Source of the DNA: Minisyncoccota bacterium
GTDB lineage: Bacteria; Patescibacteriota; Minisyncoccia; Phycocordibacterales; UBA6065
NCBI GenBank assembly: GCA_035546035.1
Contig: DASZXC010000003.1
Coordinates: 479 to 64,478 of the forward strand
Length of the DNA: 64,000 nt
Direction: 5' to 3'
Part shown: positions 1 to 7,986 of the stretch, piece by piece
How the letters are laid out: each line of letters starts with the position of its first letter
Position numbering within the stretch: the first letter of the stretch is position 1
Notes under the pieces: model-generated
The model's input: the letters and a program-made list of their open reading frames with translations, nothing else
The model's database searches: none
What the model was told of the DNA's origin: nothing
Program-made: the position numbers and the translations under genes

Positions 1-450
1 CACGACGAGTCTGCTGGCGGTTCAAGCTTCGGAGCATCCGCAAGGAGCTCCTCTCGATCAGGTCTAAGCCGGTCCTCTCGGCAGGGGATCGGATTCGTAT
101 CGGCGACCTTGGAGACAAGGCCGTCGAAGTCCGGAAACAATCGAGGGCCTCCCGGCCCGAATTTGCCTCGCTTCGCAGGCTCTTTCAGGACACATATGAA
201 GACAAGAGTCAGAACCATCGCCGATCTCGGGGTTGGTCCCCAGGAATCGGTATTCGAGAGGGCGGCGAGATTCGTCTCCCTCCGTCTCACGGCAAAGCAT
301 AAGCTCTGCCTGGCTATGGTCGGAGCCTGTATCGGATCGTACGTCACCCTCGGTCTCGTGAGATGCGCTGCCGTAGCGCTCTCCGACGACCCGGGCATCG
401 TTTACATCCCGGCTCTCGACTGGTGGTGGATCCTGCTTTTCGCACGATAA
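1..450 (+). CDS. 3' end of a gene entering from the left (hypothetical protein; C-terminal residues ...IPALDWWWILLFAR)
   Basis: Frame +1 is open from nt 1 to the TAA at 448-450 and is followed by an intrinsic terminator at 475-507. GC3 bias is only moderate and no family is recognised. Confidence 0.3.
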   Translation, partial: HDESAGGSSFGASARSSSRSGLSRSSRQGIGFVSATLETRPSKSGNNRGPPGPNLPRFAGSFRTHMKTRVRTIADLGVGPQESVFERAARFVSLRLTAKHKLCLAMVGACIGSYVTLGLVRCAAVALSDDPGIVYIPALDWWWILLFAR

Positions 451-474
451 GCCGGTTCCGCCCCAAGGTTTCAA

Positions 475-507
475 AAGGCGCTCTCCAGATCAGAGGGCGC
501 CTTTTTA
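475..507 (+). terminator. Rho-independent terminator (stem ggcgctctc / gagggcgcc, 7-nt loop, TTTTT)
   Basis: Hairpin plus T-run read directly from the sequence, immediately after the stop at 450. Confidence 0.6.
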
Positions 508-616
508 TCGCTCTTTCGTTGCGATTCGGCCCTCTTTTTGCTATATTTCTGGGGCGTTACAAGGTCCTGGCGAACTCGTATCAACGCCATTCCGGGCCGC
601 CTGTAGCATTGAAAAT

Positions 617-689
617 GCGCGTATAGCTCAGTTGGTAGAGCACATCACTGATACTGATGGGGTCCTAGGTTCAAATCCTAGTACGCGCA
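617..689 (+). tRNA. tRNA-Ile (anticodon GAT)
   Basis: Cloverleaf folded by hand: acceptor stem GCGCGTA/TACGCGC, D-arm GCTC-AGTTGGTA-GAGC, anticodon stem CATCA/TGATG with loop CTGATAC (anticodon GAT), T-arm CTAGG-TTCAAAT-CCTAG, discriminator A. No CCA is encoded. Confidence 0.9.
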
Positions 690-693
690 CAGC

Positions 694-725
694 GAAAGGA
701 ACCGACATGGTCGGTTTTTCCTTTC
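694..725 (+). terminator. Rho-independent terminator after the tRNA (aaccgac-atg-gtcggtt followed by a T-run)
   Basis: Hairpin plus TTTTT directly downstream of the tRNA. Confidence 0.55.
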
Positions 726-752
726 CGAAATTAGACTTAAATCCACACAACC

Positions 753-2165
753 TTGAACAAGAAGACCAAGATCGTCTGCACTATCGGACCGGCTACCGAA
801 TCCCAGCCGCAGCTCGAAAAGCTCCTCCGGGCGGGCATGAACGTCATGCGCCTCAACTTCTCGCACGGCGACTTCAGCGAGCATGGCAACCGCGTGAAGA
901 ATCTCAAGAAGGCGATAGAGGAGACCGGCATCCCTGCGGCGATCCTTCAGGACCTCGGCGGCCCGAAGATCCGTATCGGCACGTTCAAGACCGAGTCGGT
1001 CATGCTCAAGGAAGGCGCCAAGTTCACGCTCACGACCGACAAGGTCGAAGGCGACGAGGCGCGCGTATCGGTGAACTATCCTAATTTCGCGAAAGAGGTC
1101 AAGAAGGGTCATATCGTCTTCCTCCATGACGGCAGGAAGAAGCTCGAAGTCCTCGAGGTGAAGGGCAATAGCGTCGTCTGCAAGATCCTCGTCGGCGGCG
1201 AGATCAAGGGCAAGCGCGGCGTGAATCTCCCCGATTCCGACCTCACCATCTCGTCCCTCACTCCGAAGGACCTCGCCGACCTCGAATTCGGCATCAAGAA
1301 CAAGGTCGATTTCATGGCGCTCTCGTTCGTGCGCCGCGCGTCCGATATCACCGAACTCCGCGACATCCTCAAGGCCAAGAAATCCAAGGCCAAGATCATA
1401 GCCAAGATCGAGACTCCGCAGGCCCTCGCGTGCATAGACGAGATCATCGCGCTCGCTGACGGTATCATGGTCGCCCGCGGAGACCTTGCCATCGAGATCC
1501 CCGCAGAGAAAGTCCCTGCGGCCCAGAAGATGCTCATCAGGAAGTGCAACGAGGCGGGCAAGCCGGTCATCACCGCGACCCAGATGCTCGAATCGATGAT
1601 CAAGGCGCCGGTCCCTACGCGCGCAGAGGTCTCCGACGTCGCGAACGCCATTATAGACGGTACCGACGCTATCATGCTCTCCGAAGAGACGACGCTCGGC
1701 GACTATCCCGTACAGGCCGTCGAAGTCATGAATAAGGTCGCTCTCCAGGCGGAGGCGGGCATGGTCAAGAAGCAGCTCCTGGAGACCGTTCCCGGCGTCC
1801 TCTACGCTTCCGGCGAGTCGATCACGGCTTCGGCGGTGAAGCTCGCCGACAGGGTCGGCGCGAAGTTCCTGGTCTCGTTCACCGAGAGCGGCAAGAGCGC
1901 CCGATCCATGTCGCGCCATAAGCCCGACCAGCATATCGTCGTATTCACGCCGAACGAGCTCACGTTCCGCCAGTCCATATTGTCGTGGGCGACGATGCCG
2001 GTCCTCGTGAAGCGCACGACCGATTTCAACGAGGTCGCCAAGATGGTTCGCGACCATTTCCTGAAGTCCAAGCTCGCCAAGAAGGGAGACAAGGTCGTCA
2101 TCGCGTCCGCTCTGCCGTTCGGCGCGGGCACCGAGACGAACATGCTCCTCATAGAGACTTTGTAG
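753..2165 (+). CDS. pyk: Pyruvate kinase (TTG start)
   Basis: 470 aa: N-terminal KIVCTIGPA...MNVMRLNFSHG, MVARGDLGIEIP, and the PK C-terminal domain. Full-length and unambiguous. Confidence 0.95.
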   Translation: MNKKTKIVCTIGPATESQPQLEKLLRAGMNVMRLNFSHGDFSEHGNRVKNLKKAIEETGIPAAILQDLGGPKIRIGTFKTESVMLKEGAKFTLTTDKVEGDEARVSVNYPNFAKEVKKGHIVFLHDGRKKLEVLEVKGNSVVCKILVGGEIKGKRGVNLPDSDLTISSLTPKDLADLEFGIKNKVDFMALSFVRRASDITELRDILKAKKSKAKIIAKIETPQALACIDEIIALADGIMVARGDLAIEIPAEKVPAAQKMLIRKCNEAGKPVITATQMLESMIKAPVPTRAEVSDVANAIIDGTDAIMLSEETTLGDYPVQAVEVMNKVALQAEAGMVKKQLLETVPGVLYASGESITASAVKLADRVGAKFLVSFTESGKSARSMSRHKPDQHIVVFTPNELTFRQSILSWATMPVLVKRTTDFNEVAKMVRDHFLKSKLAKKGDKVVIASALPFGAGTETNMLLIETL

Positions 2166-2182
2166 TCTGCGATTTACAGGCA

Positions 2183-2240
2183 AATAAAAAGACTCCGTAA
2201 CGTCCCGCCAGGCCCTGGGACGTTACGGAGTCTTTTTATT
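2183..2240. terminator. Bidirectional intrinsic terminator / palindromic element (16-bp perfect stem gactccgtaacgtccc..gggacgttacggagtc flanked by A-run and T-run)
   Basis: Perfect inverted repeat with flanking aaataaaaa / tttttattt, sitting between the convergent pyk (+) and PLP-enzyme (-) genes. It shares a 21-nt core with the element at 3374-3446. Confidence 0.8.
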
Positions 2241-3135
2241 TGCCTGTGACGATACAAACTACAGAACCTCTAAAATGAGCGCCTTTGTTTATGGCACGGA
2301 TGAGTCCCGCGAGGCCGAGCGCGCCGTTGGCGGTCGCGGCGATGCCCTCTTTTTTCAAAAGCGCTATGGCACGCGCGATATCGGCATTCGATACGATCCA
2401 GCCTGTGCCACCAGTTCCTTTAATCGCTTCGACGACCGCTCCTTTGCGGTTAACGGCCTTGTCTACGATCGCGTCGGCGAGAGATATCTCGGGCTCGCTT
2501 TCCTCGGCAGAGAATTCGCGGGCGAGAGGGGAGTTGCCGGATGTCTGGACGATATGGACCTGCGGCACCGGCCCGGCGCCGTCCTTATCGTCTTTTTGCC
2601 AGCGCTCGATGAAATGCTTTGCCAATGCTTCCGCCGTCGTGCCTGACGACGTTCCTATGAATACGGCCGACAGACCGGGCGTCGCATCCATTTCCATGGC
2701 GAGCTCGGTATATCCAACGAGGGCGGCGTCGTCGGTAGACTGGCGAAGGCTTTCCTTGCCCCCGCCCTGGATCAGGCGGAACAGGGCCTGGAGCGGGCGA
2801 GGGGTCTCTTCTATGGTGATAGCGGGATCTTTGATCTCGTCCATGAGGGCCTTTCGCTTGGCTGGATTCATCTTTTCCCCGACGAGGATCGAAAGCGTCA
2901 GGCCGTCGCCGTTTACATTGCGCTCCTGGATGTGGCGCACCGCGGCGAGCGCGGCATTGCCCGACGACGATATGGCGAAATCTTTTTTGCCTTCGGCGAT
3001 CTTCAGGTCTATCATCACTGGTATCGAGCGGCCCTTGTGCGAGCCGTACGGATGGAGGTCTTCGCGCTTGAAATAGAGCCTGTCGAGGCCCAGTTCTTTG
3101 GCTATCTCCGGAGCTTCTGTCTGTGGAGTCTTCAC
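2236..3135 (-). CDS. Fold-type II PLP-dependent enzyme (ACC deaminase/D-cysteine desulfhydrase-like or threonine-synthase-like)
   Basis: 299 aa with motif FKREDLHPYGSHKGR (KREDL plus a lysine in SHKGR resembling the KRDDL...GGNKxRK signature) and a Gly-rich TSSGTTAEA loop. Substrate not assignable. Confidence 0.55.
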   Translation of the reverse strand: MKTPQTEAPEIAKELGLDRLYFKREDLHPYGSHKGRSIPVMIDLKIAEGKKDFAISSSGNAALAAVRHIQERNVNGDGLTLSILVGEKMNPAKRKALMDEIKDPAITIEETPRPLQALFRLIQGGGKESLRQSTDDAALVGYTELAMEMDATPGLSAVFIGTSSGTTAEALAKHFIERWQKDDKDGAGPVPQVHIVQTSGNSPLAREFSAEESEPEISLADAIVDKAVNRKGAVVEAIKGTGGTGWIVSNADIARAIALLKKEGIAATANGALGLAGLIRAINKGAHFRGSVVCIVTGK

Positions 3136-3210
3136 GTTCCTATACTAGCCTTTTTGCAGTACTATATAAAGCGTTTCGCGATTTAACCCGGCTTAAACAA
3201 AACAATCCGT

Positions 3211-3375
3211 ATGAAATGCGTCTGCCCTGAATGCAAGAACGATATCGATATGTCGCGGTATCCGCAGGTAGCCCAAAAGCACGTGATCGAGTGCGACAGA
3301 TGCGGAATAGTGCTCGAGGTCACGAATATTATGAACGGCGTCGTAGAGACCGAGATAGTAGACGAAGGCAAGTAA
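3211..3375 (+). CDS. Small zinc-ribbon protein with LysW/ArgW-like architecture (54 aa), absent from the ORF track
   Basis: ATG at 3211, translation MKCVCPECKNDIDMSRYPQVAQKHVIECDRCGIVLEVTNIMNGVVETEIVDEGK, stop TAA 3373-3375. The CPEC...CDRCG spacing and an acidic C-terminus resemble the amino-group carrier protein LysW, but the C-terminus is DEGK rather than EDWGE. High GC3 codons; promoter-like TATATAA lies upstream. Confidence 0.4.
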   Translation: MKCVCPECKNDIDMSRYPQVAQKHVIECDRCGIVLEVTNIMNGVVETEIVDEGK

Positions 3376-3446
3376 TAAGCACTAAAAACACCCCATAATG
3401 TCCCGCCAGGCCCTGGGACGTCTTAGGGTTTTTTTAGTGCTTATTA
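3374..3446. terminator. Bidirectional intrinsic terminator / palindromic element, second copy of the GTCCCGCCAGGCCCTGGGACG core
   Basis: Outer arms ataagcactaaaaa / tttttttagtgcttat. Inner core gtcccgccaggccctgggacg (3400-3420) is identical to 2202-2222. Lies between the convergent LysW-like ORF (+) and the Mur ligase (-). Confidence 0.7.
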
Positions 3447-4910
3447 TTTTCCTGCAAGGGCCTTTACCGTTTCCTCTATCATTCCACGGAATCCGTGCGA
3501 GCCGAGGAATGCTATGGCATCGCCTTCGCCCCTCGCGCGCGCGAGGAATTTCACGAGCTCCGCGTCGTCGTCTATATAATGGACGTCTTTGTGCGACTCT
3601 TTGACGAGAGCGGCGAGCTCTTCTCCTTCGAATGTCTTTTCAGGATCGGTCGGATCAGCCTTCAATTTAGTGAGGCGCGGGATGACCACGGTATCGGCAT
3701 CCCTGAACGCATCTTTATATGAGGGCTTGGACTGCTCGGTACGGTTGCCGGTATTCGGCTCGTACACGGCGACGATGAGGCCCGGATATATAGAACGGAT
3801 GATGGCGAGCGCTGATCTGGCTTTCTCCGGAGAGTGGGCGATGTCGTCTATGACGGCGACCTCGTGCTCGTAGCGCTTTTCGAGGCGGCGCTTCATGCCC
3901 CTGAACGTCGCTATGGCGTCGGTGATGTCGCCCGGAGCGATGCCGATCTCTCGCGCCATGGCGAAACAACCGGTGATATTCTCGGCATTGTATCCGCCGA
4001 GGAGGGGCGATTTGATACCGTACGCTTTGCCGTGATAGACGATGTCGAATGCAATGCCCTCGTGCGAGCCTTTGACGTTCTCATAGCGATAGTCGGCTTT
4101 CTCGTCCTTGCCATAGCTCACGTATTCGCGCTTCAAGCCGGCAAGGAGCTTCGGCACCGCTTCCGTATCGGCGCATGCGACGATCAGCCCGTTCTTTTTG
4201 CCGCCTTTGCCGTCGGCTTTCGGCGCGGGAACCGACGCGACGAGCGCTTTGAACGCGTCGAGGTAGCTTTTCTCCGTAGGGTAGACGTCGGCATGATCCC
4301 ATTTGACGGCGGTGAGCATGAGATGCGTCGGCTTGTAGTGGGCGAACTTCGGGCGCTTGTCCCATTTCGCCGTCGTATATTCGTCGCCTTCGATGACCGA
4401 CCATTCGCCCGCATCTATCGCTGCCGATGCCGAATTGTCTTGGGTGACGCCGCCGACCATGTATGAAGGCTTCATATCGGCATGTTTCAAGATATGGGAG
4501 AGAAGCGCTGACGACGTCGTCTTGCCGTAGGTGCCGGTAACGACGATCGAATGAGGCTTGATAATATGCTCGCCCGCCGCTTCAGGGAAAGACATGAACG
4601 GGATACCATGCTCTTTCACGTACAAGAGCTCTGGATTCTTGGTCGAAATGGCGTTGCCCACGATGACGAGATCAGGCGCTCCACCCCCGACCATTTTTTC
4701 AGGATGAAAACCAGGATAATAGGGAATGCCGAGATCAGTGAGATTGGTCGAAACGGGCGGGAAGAAGCCGGAATCCGAGCCGGTCACTTTATAGCCCTTC
4801 TGCCAGAGAGCCGTCGCGACGGCGCTCATAGCCACGCCGCATATGCCGATGAAATGGACTTTCTGGGTCTTTTGGGCGGCACCTTTCTTATTCGTGATGG
4901 TATTTTTCAT
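3444..4910 (-). CDS. murC: Mur ligase family: UDP-N-acetylmuramate--L-alanine ligase (MurC) or Mpl-type ligase
   Basis: 488 aa: N-terminal HFIGICGVAMSAVATAL...VTGSD (MurC/Mpl hallmark), P-loop VVTGTYGKTT, Mur ligase middle and C domains. MurC versus Mpl cannot be resolved by eye. Confidence 0.75.
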   Translation of the reverse strand: MKNTITNKKGAAQKTQKVHFIGICGVAMSAVATALWQKGYKVTGSDSGFFPPVSTNLTDLGIPYYPGFHPEKMVGGGAPDLVIVGNAISTKNPELLYVKEHGIPFMSFPEAAGEHIIKPHSIVVTGTYGKTTSSALLSHILKHADMKPSYMVGGVTQDNSASAAIDAGEWSVIEGDEYTTAKWDKRPKFAHYKPTHLMLTAVKWDHADVYPTEKSYLDAFKALVASVPAPKADGKGGKKNGLIVACADTEAVPKLLAGLKREYVSYGKDEKADYRYENVKGSHEGIAFDIVYHGKAYGIKSPLLGGYNAENITGCFAMAREIGIAPGDITDAIATFRGMKRRLEKRYEHEVAVIDDIAHSPEKARSALAIIRSIYPGLIVAVYEPNTGNRTEQSKPSYKDAFRDADTVVIPRLTKLKADPTDPEKTFEGEELAALVKESHKDVHYIDDDAELVKFLARARGEGDAIAFLGSHGFRGMIEETVKALAGK

Positions 4911-5310
4911 TCCGGAGTATCGTGAAAGCCCGGTAGAGCTGTTCTAGGAATATAGCACGCACGAGGTCGTGCGGGAACGTCATGGACGAGAGCGCGATCG
5001 ATCCGTCGGCGAGAGCACGGACTTCGTCCGAGAATCCGAATGGCCCGCCCACGACGAACACGGCGGATCTTATGCCCGCATTCAACTGCTTCTGGATGAA
5101 ATCGGCGAATTCGACCGATCGATATGCGCGGCCTTTTTCATCGAGCAGGAAAATGCGGTCGTATTTTTCGAGATTTTTCATGAGCTTATCGTCGGTCGTC
5201 TCGACGATATCGAATCCGCTGTAACGATCGATGCGCGACGAATAATCGGCGACGAGCGCCGCGACGTTCGGGTCTTGGGTCTTTCCTACGACAACGAGAG
5301 AGATCTTCAT
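4888..5310 (-). CDS. rlmH: 23S rRNA (pseudouridine1915-N3)-methyltransferase RlmH (SPOUT)
   Basis: 140 aa, MKISLVVVGK...FLLDEKG...SSMTFPH..YRA; typical YbeA/RlmH length and motifs. Confidence 0.8.
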   Translation of the reverse strand: MKISLVVVGKTQDPNVAALVADYSSRIDRYSGFDIVETTDDKLMKNLEKYDRIFLLDEKGRAYRSVEFADFIQKQLNAGIRSAVFVVGGPFGFSDEVRALADGSIALSSMTFPHDLVRAIFLEQLYRAFTILRNEKYHHE

Positions 5311-5311
5311 A

Positions 5312-5968
5312 TCATGGTTTAAGCAGTTCCTTGAGAGGCTCTATGTCCGTGCGCCATCTCTCGCCGTCGAACCATTCGCCGCCCTTGAACTGGAGCTTGT
5401 AGGTGTCGGTAGGGCGGGAGAGCGAGCCGAGATATACGTATCTCTTGTTGCATTCTTTGGCCTTCTGAAGGACCATGGTCATCATGCCGAGGCCGCGCGA
5501 CGGCTCGCGCGCGTCTTCGATGTAGAAAGGGAAGGCGTAGTGGAATATGTTCGCGCTGCGATATCCGATAACGAAGCCGATCTGCGAAGATCGGCGCGCG
5601 TCGCCGAATACGAGGAGCAGGTTGAAGTTGCTCTTGTCGGCGTCGGTGATGACCTCGCGCGCCTTGTTGGCGGTAAAGACGCTGTCGCCGAATTTCGCGT
5701 AGAAATCCTTGGCGAGCTTGCCGATCTGCCAGGAATAATCCTTGTAGGGCAGGGCCTCGGCCTCGAGGGCGAGATTTTCGGCTTTGCGGAGGATGCGCCG
5801 GTTCTCGCTCGAGAGTTCGAATCTGGAGAGATCGACGCGGAACGAGCGCGTCTGGTTCATGACGCCCTTGCCGACGCGCGTGAAGACATAGCCTTTATCG
5901 TACATCCGTTCGATGTTTTCGGGAGAAAGATCTGCTATGACCCGGCTGTCCCATGTGAGATATGACAT
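5312..5968 (-). CDS. Arginyl-tRNA--protein transferase / Bpt-like aminoacyl-tRNA-protein transferase family protein
   Basis: 218 aa: RSFRVDLSRFELSSENRRILRK (ATE_N-like signature) and RYVYLGS (ATE_C-like YLGY region). No Cys-rich N-terminal motif is present, so the assignment is tentative. Confidence 0.4.
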   Translation of the reverse strand: MSYLTWDSRVIADLSPENIERMYDKGYVFTRVGKGVMNQTRSFRVDLSRFELSSENRRILRKAENLALEAEALPYKDYSWQIGKLAKDFYAKFGDSVFTANKAREVITDADKSNFNLLLVFGDARRSSQIGFVIGYRSANIFHYAFPFYIEDAREPSRGLGMMTMVLQKAKECNKRYVYLGSLSRPTDTYKLQFKGGEWFDGERWRTDIEPLKELLKP

Positions 5969-5996
5969 ATGCGTGCGCGCGAGGCGCCCTATATTC

Positions 5997-7130
5997 CTAG
6001 TGAAGCCCTATCCAGACGCCGATGAGCACCATGCCGAGGTGCACGATCCACATGCGCATGATGACTTTTTCCTCGCTCCAGCCTTTCAATTCGAGGTGAT
6101 GATGCAAGGGCGCCATGCGGAATACGCGACGGCCGAATACGTGGCGACCGACGGATTGCACGAGTACGGTCGCAGCTTCGGCATAGAACATGAATGCGAT
6201 GAAGGGAAGTATGGCCATGCTGTTCACCGCCAATGCGTTGATGGCGAGCAATCCGCCGAGGCCGAGCGATCCGACGTCTCCCATCTGAAAGCGCGCAGGC
6301 TTTACGTTGAAATAAGTATAGGTGATGAGCGCTCCCACGGTTACCGCGTTCAGTATGGCGAGAGCGTCATAGCCCGCGATCCACGACAGGAATGCGAGCG
6401 CGCCGAATGTCGGGATGAGCATGCCTCCGGCCAAGCCGTCCATGCCGTCGGATACGTTCACGGCATTGGCGGTGAACATGACGACGAAGATGATGAGGGG
6501 AATAAGGAAGCCGTCGATCGAGACGAGCCCGTGAAAAGGGACGTATATGTCCCGCCACGCTTCGCCGAGCTTGTAATAGATCCACCAGACGGATACGGCG
6601 CCCGCGGCGAACTGGAGCAGGAGCTTTTCATGGACGAGGACGCCCGTACGCTGTTTGGATCCGAATATAGTCGTCGCGCGCTTGAAGACCGTCCAGGGCA
6701 GCGTGACGACGAGCCAGAGGCGGTAGAGGATGTTCTTGTGGACGCGTATGAGCGTCATCGTCTGCGACAGGCTCCTCTGGCGGCGGCCAGAGCCGAACGT
6801 ATTCAAAAGGTCGTCGAATGCGCCGAGAGCGGCGGACAAAAGCATGACGCCGACCGGTACCCACGTGTATCGGCGGTCCCAGTCAAAGAAATAGGCGAGC
6901 GCGGCGACCGTTACGATGACGAGGAGACCGCCCATGATCGGCGTATTCGCCTTTTCCGATCGGGATTCGAGGCCGAGCGTCTTGTCGCCTTCCGATTTGC
7001 GGACGATCCTCCCCCGGCGGAGGATCTTTATCAGAAACGGCGCCCATGCAAGGCTCGTCAGGCATGCTACGATGCCGAATCCGATGATGGTCGTAAGGCT
7101 ATGTATCTGAAGGGGGAGAAAGTCCGTCAT
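5997..7130 (-). CDS. mraY: Phospho-N-acetylmuramoyl-pentapeptide-transferase
   Basis: 377 aa polytopic membrane protein with NAVNVSDGMDGLAGG, MGDVGSLGLG and HHHLE motifs. The 494-aa antisense ORF 5913-7397 is rejected. Confidence 0.9.
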   Translation of the reverse strand: MTDFLPLQIHSLTTIIGFGIVACLTSLAWAPFLIKILRRGRIVRKSEGDKTLGLESRSEKANTPIMGGLLVIVTVAALAYFFDWDRRYTWVPVGVMLLSAALGAFDDLLNTFGSGRRQRSLSQTMTLIRVHKNILYRLWLVVTLPWTVFKRATTIFGSKQRTGVLVHEKLLLQFAAGAVSVWWIYYKLGEAWRDIYVPFHGLVSIDGFLIPLIIFVVMFTANAVNVSDGMDGLAGGMLIPTFGALAFLSWIAGYDALAILNAVTVGALITYTYFNVKPARFQMGDVGSLGLGGLLAINALAVNSMAILPFIAFMFYAEAATVLVQSVGRHVFGRRVFRMAPLHHHLELKGWSEEKVIMRMWIVHLGMVLIGVWIGLH

Positions 7131-7170
7131 GAGGCCCAGTATAGGCCAAAAGGCGACTTAAATAAAGGTT

Positions 7171-7986
7171 TTAAGCCAGGAATACGAGCCGGCGTACCGA
7201 GACTTCTTTTGCCCCGCGGGCGCTTTCAAGCGTATAGTTTTCCGGACCCGTCGCTCCTTTCTCTTTCCAGACCCCTTTGCCGCGGGCGATGTCACCCATG
7301 GTCTCGCCGGCAGGGACGAATATGTCGCCTTCGCGTACGCCGTGATCGGTCGTGCCGTCGGAAGGCCATGCGTATGAGTGCGCATATGAAAGCCTGATAC
7401 CGTTCGACGATCGCTCGACTCCCGTGATGACGAGCATGTGGTTATAGAGTCCGTCCTTACCCGTGCCCATGAACGTGATTATATCGCCCGGGCGCGCGTC
7501 GCTGGCCGCGATCTCGGCGCTATTCCTTTCGTTTGCGAACGTCGCTACGCCCATGTTCTCGGCAGGACGGAGACGCGCTATGAGCGAGCCTATGAAGCCC
7601 GAGCGGTTCGATCGCACGAACGCCGAGATGTTTCTGCCGCGCTTTTCCTGGGCGACGGCATTCAATACATGGTATGCGAAACCGGAGCAGTCGACGCCGA
7701 GGTCATGGGCGACGAGGAATTCCTTTAGTTTATCCGTCGAAAGCGTCGCCACGTTCACGCGCGAGTGCTTCGCGTCTATGTCCGCCTCTTCGGCGATCTC
7801 TTCAGGCGAGCCTTTGCCTTTGAGGACGCGCAACTGGCTGCGCGTCTTATGGCGCTTATTATTGAAATATGGGCACGAAGGCTTGGTCCCCAAAGGAAGG
7901 GCGAGGTATGCGTCGATGACCGCTCGAGCCCTGCCTTCGAGCTTCTCGGTCTCCGGTTTCGTTATCTCTACGGCGTCTTGATGCAT
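7171..7986 (-). CDS. NlpC/P60-family papain-like cysteine peptidase/amidase (no signal peptide seen)
   Basis: 271 aa. GVDCSGFAYHV (catalytic Cys) and GDIITF...LYNHMLVI (catalytic His) match the NlpC/P60 pattern. Its start overlaps the upstream ATP-grasp stop by 19 nt, suggesting translational coupling. Confidence 0.5.
   Translation of the reverse strand: MHQDAVEITKPETEKLEGRARAVIDAYLALPLGTKPSCPYFNNKRHKTRSQLRVLKGKGSPEEIAEEADIDAKHSRVNVATLSTDKLKEFLVAHDLGVDCSGFAYHVLNAVAQEKRGRNISAFVRSNRSGFIGSLIARLRPAENMGVATFANERNSAEIAASDARPGDIITFMGTGKDGLYNHMLVITGVERSSNGIRLSYAHSYAWPSDGTTDHGVREGDIFVPAGETMGDIARGKGVWKEKGATGPENYTLESARGAKEVSVRRLVFLA

Noticed and set aside
64-474. 136-aa minus-strand ORF at the window start
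   Set aside because: The co-located + strand frame is open from nt 1 and is followed by a + strand intrinsic terminator; the minus translation is low-complexity.
5913-7397. 494-aa + strand ORF
   Set aside because: Entirely antisense to the unambiguous mraY gene; Arg/Asp/Glu-rich nonsense typical of GC-rich antisense frames.
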